A DNA stretch of 64,000 nt from Eledone cirrhosa (lineage: Eukaryota): assembly GCA_964016885.1 (NCBI GenBank), contig OZ024763.1:5890001-5954000 (forward strand). Reading direction: 5' to 3'. Under the pieces are notes generated by a model. The model saw only the letters and a program-made list of their open reading frames with translations. It was not told the origin of the DNA and ran no database searches. Shown here piece by piece: positions 39,701-54,320 of this stretch. Made by a program: the position numbers and the translations under genes. The first letter of the stretch is position 1. Each line of letters opens with the position of its first letter.

Positions 39701-42700
39701 CTCATGGAATGATCAAATGAGGTTTATTTTTCAACATGCAAGATTGCACAGCCCTAGCATCACTCCTTCATAAGCTGACCAAGATACTCTCATGGAATGA
39801 CCAAATGAGGTTTATTTTTCAACATGCAAGATTGCACAGCCCTAGCATCACTCCTTCATAGGCTGGCCAAGATACACTCATGGAATGAACAAATGAGGTT
39901 TATTTTTCAACATGCAAGATTGCACAGTCCTAGCATCACTCCTTCATAAGCTGACCAAGATACTCTCATGGAATGACCAAATGAGGTTTATTTTTCAACA
40001 TGCAAGATTGCACAGCTCTAGCGTCACTCCTTCATAGTAAGCCTATGAACTTTTAAGCCTACCTTCGTATATGTAAACAATGTATTTAATATACAAATAA
40101 TTACTAAGAAATTCGAAATAATTTTTGCACCCATTTTTGCGATTAAGTAAAGACGGAGTTATCGTTCTTGAGATTTCGGCTCGGAGAAATTTAAGGAACT
40201 GATGTCGCTAAATCGCCAAATCATTTACCTGCCCCATTGCATCATGGGAGGGTAATGGCTGCCTTTTATTTTTCAAAAACCATGGCAGTCTTTTTAATAT
40301 CTTTCTCGCCAAAATGTTTTAATTATTTACTTATATGAAACAAGGAACAAGATACTGCGAAAGAAACTAAAGAATCTGCCATCTTTTAAAAAATAAAAGG
40401 CAGCCATTACCCTCCCATGAGGCAACGGGGCAGGTAAATGATTTGGCGATTTAGCGACATCAGTTCCTTAAATTTCTCCGAGCCGAAATCTCAAGAACGA
40501 TAACTCCGTCTTTACTTAATCGCAAAAATGGGTGCAAAAATTATTTCGAATTTCTTAGTAATTATTTGTATATTAAATACTTACATTGTTTACATATACG
40601 AAGTTAGGCTTAAAAGTTCATAGGCTCACTATGAAGGAGTGACGCTAGAGCTGTGCAATCTTGCATGTTGAAAAATAAACCTCATTTGGTCATTCCATGA
40701 GAGTATCTTGGTCACACTATGAAGGAGTGATGCTAGAGCTGTGCAATCTTGCATGTTGAAAAATAAACCTCATTTGGTCATTCCATGAGAGTATCTTGGT
40801 CAGCCTATGAAGGAGTGATGCTAGAGCTGTGAAATCTTGCATGTTGAAAAATAAACCTCATTTGATCATTCCATGAGAGTATCTTGGTCAGCCTATGAAG
40901 GAGTGATGCTAGAGCTGTGAAATCTTGCATGTTGAAAAATAAACCTCATTTGGTCATTCCATGAGAGTATCTTGGTCAGCCTATGAAGGAGTGATGCTAG
41001 AGCTGTGAAATATGGCATGTTGAAAAATAAACCTCATTTGATCATTCCATGAGAGTATCTTGGTCAGCCTATGAAGGAGTGTAGCTAGAGCTGTGAAATC
41101 TTGCATCTTGAAAAATACCTCATTTGGTCATTCCATGAGAGCATCTTGGTCAGCCTATGAAGTGGTGATGCTAGAGCTGTGAAATCTTGCATGTTGAAAA
41201 ATAAACCTCATTTGATCATTCCATGAGAGTATGTTGGTCAGCTTATGAAGGAATGATGCTAGGGCTGTGCAATCTTGCATGTTGAAAAATAAACCTCATT
41301 TGGTCATTCCATGAGAGTATCTTGGTCAGCTTATGAAGGAATGATGCTAGAGCTGTGCAATATTGCATGTTGAAAAATAAACCTCATTTGGTCATTCCAT
41401 GAGAGTATCTTGGTCAGCCTATGAAGGAGTGATGCTAGAGCTGTGAAATCTTGCATGTTGCAAAATAAACCTCATTTGATCATTCCATGAGAGTATCTTG
41501 GTCAGCCTATGAAGGAGTGATGCTAGAGCTATGAAATCTTGCATGTTGAAAAATAAACCTCATTTGGTCATTCCATGAGAGTATCTTGGTCAGCCTACGA
41601 AGGAGTGATGCTAGAGCTGTGAAATCTTGCATGTTGAAAAATAAACCTCATTTGGTCATTCCATGAGAGTGTCTTGGTCAGCCTATGAAGGAGTGATGCT
41701 AGAGCTGTGAAATCTTGCATGTTGAAAAATAAACCTCATTTGATCATTCCATGAGAGTATCTTGGTCAGCCTATGAAGGAGTGATGCTAGAGCTGTGAAA
41801 TCTTGCATGTTAAAAAATAAACCTCATTTGGTCATTCCATGAGAGTATCTTGGTCAGTCTATGAAGGAGTGATGCTAGAGCTGTGAAATCTTGCATGTTG
41901 AAAAATAAACCTCATTTGGTCATTCCATGAGAGTATCCTGGTCAGCCTTTTTTTCAACATGCAAGATTTCACAGCTCTAGCATCACTCCTTCATAGGCTG
42001 ACCAAGATACGCTCATGGAATGACCAAATGAGGTTTATTTTTCAACATGCACGATTTCACAGCTCTAGCATCACTCCTTCATAGGCTGACCAAGATACTC
42101 TCATGGAATGACCAAATGAGGTTTATTTTTCAACATGCGCGATTTCATAGCTCTAGCATCTCTCCTTCATAGTCTGACCAAGATACTCTCATGGAATGAC
42201 CAAATGATGTTTATTTTTCAACATGCAAGATTTCACAGCTCTAGCATCACTCCTTCATAGGCTGACCAAGATACGCTCATGGAATGACCAAATGAGGTTT
42301 ATTTTTCAACATGCAAGATTTCACAGCTCTAGCATCTCTCCTTCATAGGCTGACCAAGATACTCTCATAAAATGACCAAATGAGCTTTATTTTTCAACAT
42401 GCAAGATTTCACAGCTCGAGCATCACTCGTTCATATGCTGACCAAGATACTCTCATGGAATGACCAAATGAGGTTTATTTTTCAACATGCAAGATTTCAC
42501 ACCCTAGCATCACTCCTTCATAGTGAGCCTATGAACTTTTAAGCCTACCTTCGATTATGTAAACAATGTAAGTATTTAATATACAAATAATTACTATTGC
42601 TACAGTTAAAAAATGTACAAAAAATACTTTAAATTCAGTTTTTAATTCATGCAACGATTGTGTCAATAGTTAAAGAAATTCGAAATAATTTTTGCACCCA

Positions 42701-45700
42701 TTTTTGCGATTAAGTAAAGACGGAGTTATCGTTCTTGAGATTTCGGCTCGGAGAAATTTAAGGAACTGATGTCGCTAAATCGCCAAATCATTTACCTGCC
42801 CCGTTGCCTCATGGGAGGGTAATGACTGCCTTTTATTTTTTAAACGATGGCAGATTCTTTAGTTTCTTTCGCAGTATCTTGTTCCTTGTTTCATATAAGT
42901 AAGTAATTAAAACATTCTGGCGAGAAAGATATTAAAAAGACTGCCATGGTTTTTAAAAAATAAAAGGCAGCCATTACCCTCCCATGATGCAACGGGGCAG
43001 GTAAATGATTTGGCGATTTAGCGACATCAGTTCCTTAAATTTCTCCGAGCCGAAATCTCAAGAACGATAACTCCGTCTTTACTTAATCGCAAAAATGGGT
43101 GCAAAAATTATTTCGAATTTCTTAGTAATTATTTGTATATTAAATACTTACATTGTTTACATATAAAGTAGGCTTAAAAGTTCATAGGCTCACTATGAAG
43201 GAGTGATGCTAGGGCTGTGCAATCTTGCATGTTGAAAAATAAACCTCATTTGGTCATTCCATGAGAGTATCTTGGTCACACTATGAAGGAGTGATGCTAG
43301 AGCTGTGCAATCTTGCATGTTGAAAAATAAACCTCATTTGGTCATTCCATGAGAGTATCTTGGTCAGCCTATGAAGGAGTGATGCTAGAGCTGTGAAATC
43401 TTGCATGTTGAAAAATAAACCTCATTTGATCATTCCATGAGAGTATCTTGGTCAGCCTATGAAGGAGTGATGCTAGAGCTGTGAAATCTTGCATGTTGAA
43501 AAATAAACCTCATTTGGTCATTCCATGAGAGTATCTTGGTCAGCCTATGAAGGAGTGATGCTAGAGCTGTGAAATCTTGCATCTTGAAAAATACCTCATT
43601 TGGTCATTCCATGAGAGCATCTTGGTCAGCCTATGAAGTGGTGATGCTAGAGCTGTGAAATCTTGCATGTTGAAAAATAAACCTCATTTGATCATTCCAT
43701 GAGAGTATGTTGGTCAGCTTATGAAGGAATGATGCTAGGGCTGTGCAATCTTGCATGTTGAAAAATAAACCTCATTTGGTCATTCCATGAGAGTATCTTG
43801 GTCAGCTTATGAAGGAATGATGCTAGAGCTGTGCAATATTGCATGTTGAAAAATAAACCTCATTTGGTCATTCCATGAGAGTATCTTGGTCAGCCTATGA
43901 AGGAGTGATGCTAGAGCTGTGAAATCTTGCATGTTGCAAAATAAACCTCATTTGATCATTCCATGAGAGTATCTTGGTCAGCCTATGAAGGAGTGATGCT
44001 AGAGCTATGAAATCTTGCATGTTGAAAAATAAACCTCATTTGGTCATTCCATGAGAGTATCTTGGTCAGCCTACGAAGGAGTGATGCTAGAGCTGTGAAA
44101 TCTTGCATGTTGAAAAATAAACCTCATTTGGTCATTCCATGAGAGTGTCTTGGTCAGCCTATGAAGGAGTGATGCTAGAGCTGTGAAATCTTGCATGTTG
44201 AAAAATAAACCTCATTTGATCATTCCATGAGAGTATCTTGGTCAGCCTATGAAGGAGTGATGCTAGAGCTGTGAAATCTTGCATGTTAAAAAATAAACCT
44301 CATTTGGTCATTCCATGAGAGTATCTTGGTCAGTCTATGAAGGAGTGATGCTAGAGCTGTGAAATCTTGCATGTTGAAAAATAAACCTCATTTGGTCATT
44401 CCATGAGAGTATCCTGGTCAGCCTTTTTTTCAACATGCAAGATTTCACAGCTCTAGCATCACTCCTTCATAGGCTGACCAAGATACGCTCATGGAATGAC
44501 CAAATGAGGTTTATTTTTCAACATGCACGATTTCACAGCTCTAGCATCACTCCTTCATAGGCTGACCAAGATACTCTCATGGAATGACCAAATGAGGTTT
44601 ATTTTTCAACATGCGCGATTTCATAGCTCTAGCATCTCTCCTTCATAGTCTGACCAAGATACTCTCATGGAATGACCAAATGATGTTTATTTTTCAACAT
44701 GCAAGATTTCACAGCTCTAGCATCACTCCTTCATAGGCTGACCAAGATACGCTCATGGAATGACCAAATGAGGTTTATTTTTCAACATGCAAGATTTCAC
44801 AGCTCTAGCATCTCTCCTTCATAGGCTGACCAAGATACTCTCATAAAATGACCAAATGAGCTTTATTTTTCAACATGCAAGATTTCACAGCTCGAGCATC
44901 ACTCGTTCATATGCTGACCAAGATACTCTCATGGAATGACCAAATGAGGTTTATTTTTCAACATGCAAGATTTCACACCCTAGCATCACTCCTTCATAGT
45001 GAGCCTATGAACTTTTAAGCCTACCTTCGATTATGTAAACAATGTAAGTATTTAATATACAAATAATTACTATTGCTACAGTTAAAAAATGTACAAAAAA
45101 TACTTTAAATTCAGTTTTTAATTCATGCAACGATTGTGTCAATAGTTAAAGAAATTCGAAATAATTTTTGCACCCATTTTTGCGATTAAGTAAAGACGGA
45201 GTTATCGTTCTTGAGATTTCGGCTCGGAGAAATTTAAGGAACTGATGTCGCTAAATCGCCAAATCATTTACCTGCCCCGTTGCCTCATGGGAGGGTAATG
45301 ACTGCCTTTTATTTTTTAAACGATGGCAGATTCTTTAGTTTCTTTCGCAGTATCTTGTTCCTTGTTTCATATAAGTAAGTAATTAAAACATTCTGGCGAG
45401 AAAGATATTAAAAAGACTGCCATGGTTTTTAAAAAATAAAAGGCAGCCATTACCCTCCCATGATGCAACGGGGCAGGTAAATGATTTGGCGATTTAGCGA
45501 CATCAGTTCCTTAAATTTCTCCGAGCCGAAATCTCAAGAACGATAACTCCGTCTTTACTTAATCGCAAAAATGGGTGCAAAAATTATTTCGAATTTCTTA
45601 GTAATTATTTGTATATTAAATACTTACATTGTTTACATATAAAGTAGGCTTAAAAGTTCATAGGCTCACTATGAAGGAGTGATGCTAGGGCTGTGCAATC

Positions 45701-47275
45701 TTGCATGTTGAAAAATAAACCTCATTTGGTCATTCCATGAGAGTATCTTGGTCACACTATGAAGGAGTGATGCTAGAGCTGTGCAATCTTGCATGTTGAA
45801 AAATAAACCTCATTTGGTCATTCCATGAGAGTATCTTGGTCAGCCTATGAAGGAGTGATGCTAGAGCTGTGAAATCTTGCATGTTGAAAAATAAACCTCA
45901 TTTGATCATTCCATGAGAGTATCTTGGTCAGCCTATGAAGGAGTGATGCTAGAGCTGTGAAATCTTGCATGTTGAAAAATAAACCTCATTTGGTCATTCC
46001 ATGAGAGTATCTTGGTCAGCCTATGAAGGAGTGATGCTAGAGCTGTGAAATCTTGCATCTTGAAAAATACCTCATTTGGTCATTCCATGAGAGCATCTTG
46101 GTCAGCCTATGAAGTGGTGATGCTAGAGCTGTGAAATCTTGCATGTTGAAAAATAAACCTCATTTGGTCATTCCATGAGAGTATGTTGGTCAGCTTATGA
46201 AGGAATGATGCTAGTGCTGTGCAATCTTGCATGTTGAAAAATAAACCTCATTTGGTCATTCCATGAGAGTATCTTGGTCAGCTTATGAAGGAATGATGCT
46301 AGGGCTGTGCAATCTTGCATGTTGAAAAATAAACCTCATTTGGTCATTCCATGAGACTATCTTGGTCAGCCTATGAAGGAGTGATGCTAGAGCTGTGAAA
46401 TCTTGCATGTTGAAAAATAAACCTCATTTGATCATTCCATGAGAGTATCTTGGTCAGCCTATGAAGGAGTGATGCTAGAGCTATGAAATCTTGCATGTTG
46501 AAAAATAAACCTCATTTGGTCATTCCATGAGAGTATCTTGGTCAGCCTATGAAGGAGTGATGCTAGAGCTGTGAAATCTTGCATGTTGAAAAATAAACCT
46601 CATTTGATCATTCCATGAGAGTATCTTGGTCAGCCTATGAAGGAGTGATGCTAGAGCTGTGAAATCTTGCATGTTAAAAAATAAACCTCATTTGGTCATT
46701 CCATGAGAGTATCTTGGTCAGCCTATGAAGGGGTGATGCTAGAGCTGTGAAATCTTGCATGTTGAAAAATAAACCTCATTTGATCATTCCATGAGAGTAT
46801 CTTGGTCAGCCTATGAAGGAGTGATGCTAGAGCTGTGAAATCTTGCATGTTGAAAAATAAACCTCATTTGGTCATTCCATGAGAGTATGTTGGTCAGCCT
46901 ACCCTCGTATATTATATATATCATTGAATTTGTTCTAAATACTTCCAGTGTCACTACTCTGTGATTTGATGGATATTTAGTCGCCATTTCTAGTATTTTT
47001 AACCGCTGAAGAGGGTTTTCGTCAGTTTTGTAAGGTATTGTAGGGTAAACTGTTGAATATGGCATATATTTGAGGGTTGTTTAACCCCTAAAACAATCAT
47101 TATTTATAATATTTCAGTGGCTGCCATTTCTAGCATTCAGTAGACTCTTCGTTTTGTTGTCTTTCATCTAAGGGAAACAACTCATTCAACTTACTATTTT
47201 GTTAAATCATACCTTTCACTTTACTAAGTTGCTTTCTTGATAACTTTCACAATTGTACAGATTATTAATTGAGAT
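33736..47275. repeat. Giant foldback: ~365-bp inverted outer arms enclosing alternating inverted arrays of an 88-bp satellite and five hairpin spacers
   Basis: 33736-34099 is the diverged reverse complement of 46908-47275. The unit ctatgaaggagtgatgctagagctgtgaaatcttgcatgttgaaaaataaacctcatttggtcattccatgagagtatcttggtcagc (88 nt) occurs on both strands between 34100 and 46907. Confidence 0.93.
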
Positions 47276-49330
47276 GTCCCCAGATGTATGTGACAGCACG
47301 GAGGACCTACTCAGCAGAATCGGCGGGAGTAACCGATCTAGGGACCTAACAAACTGCATAATAGGTAGTATGGATGTTGTGTCCCTGTATCCATCTATTG
47401 ACGTGGATTTTGCTGTGGAGAAATGCGTAGAAATGATCAGCGAGAGCAAGGTTGAGTTCCGTGGGATTGATACCAGTGAGCTGGGACTCCTACTTAAACT
47501 TACCTATAGTAATAATTATCTAGACACATATGACCTTAGCAACCTGTGTCCTACAAGACCAGCAAGAGGCAGACCACATACCATTACCTCAATGGCCAAG
47601 AAAACCCACACAGATAGATGGAATGGGTGGACCAGAGCCATACAGACCCCCGAAAACCTCAATGAACTAAAGAAAATGATTGCACATGCGGTGGGGGCCA
47701 GCATAAAATTAACCCTTAAGGAACATATGTTCAAATTTAATGGAAAAACGTATGCCCAAGAGGAGGGAGCAGCCATTGGTGTTAGCATTGCAGGCGACAT
47801 AGCTAACTTATTCATGGTATGGTGGGACAGTAGACTTAAACTTAAACTTAAAGAACAATTAGAAGACCCCTTAACCCTGATAATGTACTCCTGCTACGTT
47901 GATGATATAAACATCGTAGATAAAACACCACCACTAGAGAACAGTCCAGTCAGGAATTTGAGAAAAACACAATGGAAAGCATCCAGCAAATAGCTAACTC
48001 CATCCACCAGAGTATTAGAGTTACTATAGACTACCCAAGCAAACACCCTAACCATCGATTACCTGTACTAGACACAGAGCTCTGGTTAGATACCATTAAT
48101 AACAAAAAACAAATCCTCCATTCCCATTATGCCAAACCCATGGCTTCCAAATATCTGATCCACCGAAACTCAGCTGATTCGGACCATACCAAAATCAACA
48201 TACTGATTGCAGATTTGGTACGGGTGATGAGAAACATGTCCAGCATGTGCAACCCCGAAGAACTAGAGAGACACATACAACACTTCATCCACCGTATGCA
48301 GTTCTCTGGTTACAATCAGAGAGATAAGATCAGAGTATATAGAGGAGCCAGAACCAAATGGGAAAAAATGGTAAATAATGACATAAATGGGACCTGCCCC
48401 TTGTATAGGAGCAAATTTTGGAATAGAATAGAAAGAACTAGGAATAAGGCTAATAGAATAAACTCATGGTATGATAGCAATAAATACCAGAGTGTAATGT
48501 TCATCGATACAACCCCAAGAGGTGAATTAGCTTACAAATTTAGAAGGGCCCTAGATAAACATAAACTCAATATTAAGATAGTAGAAAGACCAGGTACCTC
48601 CATAAAAACACTTATTAGCAAGACATACCCTTTTCAAAGACCCCCCCCCTGTATAGATAAGAAATGTATAACCTGTAAATTAAGCCCCCATATTAACTGT
48701 AAAACTAGAAATGTAGTATATAGCATAAGATGTACTGAAGGACAATGTAGAGATAAAAATATAGCGTACATAGGTGAGACAGCTCGTAGTGTAGGGGAAC
48801 GGATAAATGAACACTGGCGAGACCTTCAAGATAGTAAAGAATCATCTGTACTCTACCAACATGCTAAAATAGAACATAAGGGTAAATTAGAGAACATAGA
48901 AATAAAAATAGAATCTACACAGGAAAGACGCAATGTTTAGACAAATCACAGAGGCAATAAACATAAAAGAATTACAACCAAAATTAAATAGAAAACATGA
49001 GTGGAACAGCAACATCACAACTTACAATTAAGGACAAAATGAAAACACACACACACATAGAACAAACAACCAACCAGTAACATGTAAATAAACAAATAAA
49101 TAAACGAATATAAATACACACAGACACCCGGATGTGGCGCATGTGCAGACTGAGCACACAACACACACACAGAAACAAGATGGCGTAGAACAGAACAAAG
49201 GTACAAAAACAAAGAAAAGAATCCCCAGTCACTGAAGACGTCACAGAATGTGTGACGAAAGAACTTTGACAATATATAAACAACCATCTGGTTGTGGAAC
49301 CAACCAACCAACCGGAAATTTATAAATTCC
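47276..49330 (+). mobile_element. 5'-truncated Penelope-like retroelement (RT + GIY-YIG endonuclease), frameshifted
   Basis: SMDVVSLYPSID...QEEGAAIG...YVDD (RT), thumb LPVLD...HY.KP, Cys-rich linker CIDKKCITC...C, then NVVYSIRC...YIGETARSVGERINEH (GIY-YIG). Hammerhead-like motif in the 3' region. Confidence 0.93.
49228..49270 (+). ncRNA. Minimal type-I hammerhead ribozyme-like motif in the PLE 3' region
   Basis: gtca-CTGAAGA-c-gtcaca gaatg tgtgac-GAAA-gaac-TT-tgac: stem I gtca/tgac, stem II gtcaca/tgtgac, minimal stem III. Confidence 0.7.
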
Positions 49331-49491
49331 TAAATTCATAAATTTATTATAATAGATTGAAGTGAAAGCAACTGGTGCGTGTGTTTCTTATTGGCAACAT
49401 GACCCTCCCAAAATATAACAATATCGGTTTCAACACACGTTTTCAGATAAAGAATCTCGCTAAACAAATTCAGAAACGAAATATATATATT

Positions 49492-49721
<230 letters not shown>

Positions 49722-49725
49722 TATA

Positions 49726-49945
49726 TGAAGGCGTGTGGCGGAGTGGTTAGAGAATTGGATTCACGATCGTAAGGTTGTGAGTTCGATTCCTGGACCAGGC
49801 GATGCGTTATGTCCTTGAGCAAGACACTTTATTTCACGTTGCTCCTTCTACCTGGAGTTGCGACCGATAGATAGTATTAGCAATTGGAAAGACCAACGGA
49901 AACATTGTTCCCTCGGTCCGATTTGACGAAAGTCGATCGTCCATC
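49726..49945 (+). mobile_element. tRNA-derived CORE-like SINE with alternative tail
   Basis: A-box tggcggagtgg, B-box gagttcgattcc, tccttgagcaagacactt. Confidence 0.75.
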
Positions 49946-51463
<1,518 letters not shown>

Positions 51464-51979
51464 GCTTCAAGTTTTCTTCCCGCAAGACTTATCACATAAA
51501 TGCAAAGGCTCAAAAATTTCTCAGGGATGAGTTTGGGAACAGGTTTGGGGATAAGGTCTCTTGACCCCCTTCCTCACTTGATTAGAGAGCGGCAGACAAA
51601 TTGGTAAACTGGCAGAAACATAATCACAAAAAAAAGAGACACCCAGTTTTCACTAATTAACCGTTTCTCTTGAATTGTTTTATAAAATATTTGGTGGCAG
51701 TTTTTGTTATTTATTTCAGTGAAGAAAAATATTAACAAAAAAATAACAAAAAGATTTGGTTAAAAACAAAAAAAAAACAAATACCAACAAAATTTACAAG
51801 ATATGAGAGAGGAGTGAGTGAGTGTGTGTGGGGGTGGGGTCTATTACAACAGGTGTATAACACCTGTTTGACCCAACCACCAACACCACCTCTTACCTTC
51901 TACCTCGCCCTTTTGTGGAGGGGGAGGAGAGTTTGTTTTTTAAAAGTTTATAATGATGTGGTTGTTGACAAAATATTAG

Positions 51980-52182
51980 GAGGGCTGGCTGACAATTTCA
52001 TAGGCTGACGATAAAGGAGTGATGCTAGAGCTGTGAAATCTTGCATGCCATTAATTTCAAATTTCAAATCTTATTAATAACTGCATTGTTTCTTTCCAGG
52101 GACTATGTTGAAAATATAAACCTCATTTGGTCATTCCATGAGAGTATCTTGGTCAGCCTATGAACTTTTCAGCCGACCCTCG
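51980..52182 (+). mobile_element. Tc1/mariner-type MITE, copy A (~200 bp)
   Basis: TIRs gagggctggctgacaatttcataggctgac / gtcagcctatgaacttttcagccgaccctcg, then TA. Confidence 0.8.
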
Positions 52183-52193
52183 TATGTATGTAA

Positions 52194-52224
<31 letters not shown>

Positions 52225-52228
<4 letters not shown>

Positions 52229-52423
52229 GGTCGGTTGAAAAGTTCATAGGCTGACTAAAAAGGTATGATGCTAGGACTGCGAAATCTTGCATACCATTAA
52301 TTTCAACTCTTCTTATTAATATCTGCATTGTTTCTTTCCAGGGACTAAGTTGGAAAATAAACCTCATTTGATCATTCCATGAGAGTATCTTGGTCAGCCT
52401 GTGAACTTTTCAGCCGACCCTCA
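52225..52423 (+). mobile_element. Tc1/mariner-type MITE, copy B (199 bp), TA-flanked
   Basis: ~30-bp TIRs tgagggtcggttgaaaagttcataggctgac / gtcagcctgtgaacttttcagccgaccctca, with TA on both sides. Confidence 0.85.
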
Positions 52424-52922
52424 TATACATGGATGCATGCATGGCATGCATGCCATAGAACCCTGGGGCAGGGGAAGTCGCAAGGGTGCTGATTGACATA
52501 GGCGGCCGGCCGCCCGGCATTTCTAGGGCTCAACATACATGGATAAATCCACAACGATAGAGAGAAGTCCAACAAGAGTTTTTTTGTTTTTGTTTTTCTT
52601 CGCCACCCCTCTCATCCCCAAAATTGTGCAACTATGAGGAAATTCCTCAAATTTCAACTGAGAAGTTTTACAATGTTTTTTTTTTTTTTATTTTGAGAAA
52701 AAAGTCTCCGAAGATGATGATGATGAAGAAGTAGTTCTGATAATTCCCCCAGATTTTGAATAAGAAAAAAAAGGTGGGTGGGGTTGTGGAGAAATCTTTC
52801 AATGTTTGTTACTGCCAGAAAAAATCTCCGAAGAAGATGACTGAAGTTCCGATAATTCCTCCTCCAGAGTTTTGAATTGGAAAGAAAAAGGGTGGAATGG
52901 GGTAGGAGGAAGAAGTTTCTTT

Positions 52923-53060
52923 TCAATGTTTGACACGAGAGAAAAACGAAGAAGTTCTTTTCACTTTGGTTTCTTTCATTCGCTCCTCAGCCAACTCATT
53001 CCGAGTCTCCTGGATCAATCTCTTCCGCATCTGGATGTCAATCAGATCTTCCATGTCATT
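52923..53060 (-). CDS. BICDL1: BICDL1-like terminal coding exon
   Basis: Acceptor tttccttccag|. Encodes NDMEDLIDIQMRKRL...RTSSFFSRVKH then TGA, continuing the WQ|DDM..ID motif of BICDR proteins. Confidence 0.85.
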   Translation of the reverse strand, partial: NDMEDLIDIQMRKRLIQETRNELAEERMKETKVKRTSSFFSRVKH

Positions 53061-53515
53061 CTGGAAGGAAACAAACAGAAATGATAGAAAATAAATGTAT
53101 ATGTATGTAGAATAGATAGATATGTAGAATAGATACAGTAGATACATATGTATATACAATAGATAGATATGTATATACAGTAGATATATATACAATAGAT
53201 CATCATCATCATCATCATCATCAGGTTTAGCGTCCGTGTTCCACGCTTGCATGGGTTTGGACGGGGGTTTTCCCACTTGAGGCAAGAGTGGTTGTCTTGC
53301 TCGCATAGGACTGTCTGGCGGGGTTTCTACAGTTGGATGCCCTTCCTAACACCAACCACATTTACAGTGTGGGGCTGGGAGGTTTTTACCGTGTTGCCTA
53401 CACGGCCACATTACAGCGTGGACTGTCTGGCGGGTTTTCTACAGCTGGATGCCCTTCCTAACACCAACCACATTTACAGTGTGGGGCTGGGAGGTTTTTA
53501 CCGTGTTGCCTACAC

Positions 53516-54320
53516 AGATATCTATATACAGTAGATATATATACAATAGATAGATATGTATATACTGTAGATATATATACACTAGATAGATATGTATATA
53601 CTGTAGATATATATACAATAGATAGATATGTATATACTGTAGATACATATGTATATACAATAAATAGATATGTATATACTGTAGATATATATACAATAGA
53701 TAGATACGTATATACTGTAGATATATATACACTAGATAGATATGTATATACTGTAGATATATATACAATAGATAGATATGTATATACAGTAGATATATAT
53801 ACAATAGATAGATATGTATATACTGTAGATATATATACAATAGATAGATATGTATATACTGTAGATATATATACACTAGATAGATATGTATATACAGTAG
53901 ATACATATGTATATACAATAGATAGATATGTATATACAGTAGATATATATATACTAGATAGATATGTATATACTGTAGATATATATACAATAGATAGATA
54001 TGTATATACAGTAGATATATATACAATAGATAGATATGTATATACTGTAGATATATATACACTAGATAGATATGTATATACTGTAGATATATATACAATA
54101 GATAGATATGTATATACTGTAGATATATATACACTAGATAGATATGTATATACAGTAGATATATATACACTAGATAGATATGTATATACTGTAGATATAT
54201 ATACAATAGATAGATATGTATATACAGTAGATACATATGTATATACAATAGATAGATATCGATATACTGTAGATATATATACACTAGATAGATATGTATA
54301 TACTGTAGATATATATACAT
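53516..54320. repeat. ~36-bp minisatellite (tagatagatatgtatatactgtagatatatatacaa)
   Basis: Tandem copies, with a short additional run at 53100-53200. Confidence 0.9.

Noticed and set aside
34100-46907. CRISPR-like array
   Set aside because: Units are contiguous with no unique spacers, there are no cas genes, and the context is eukaryotic. It is a MITE-derived satellite.
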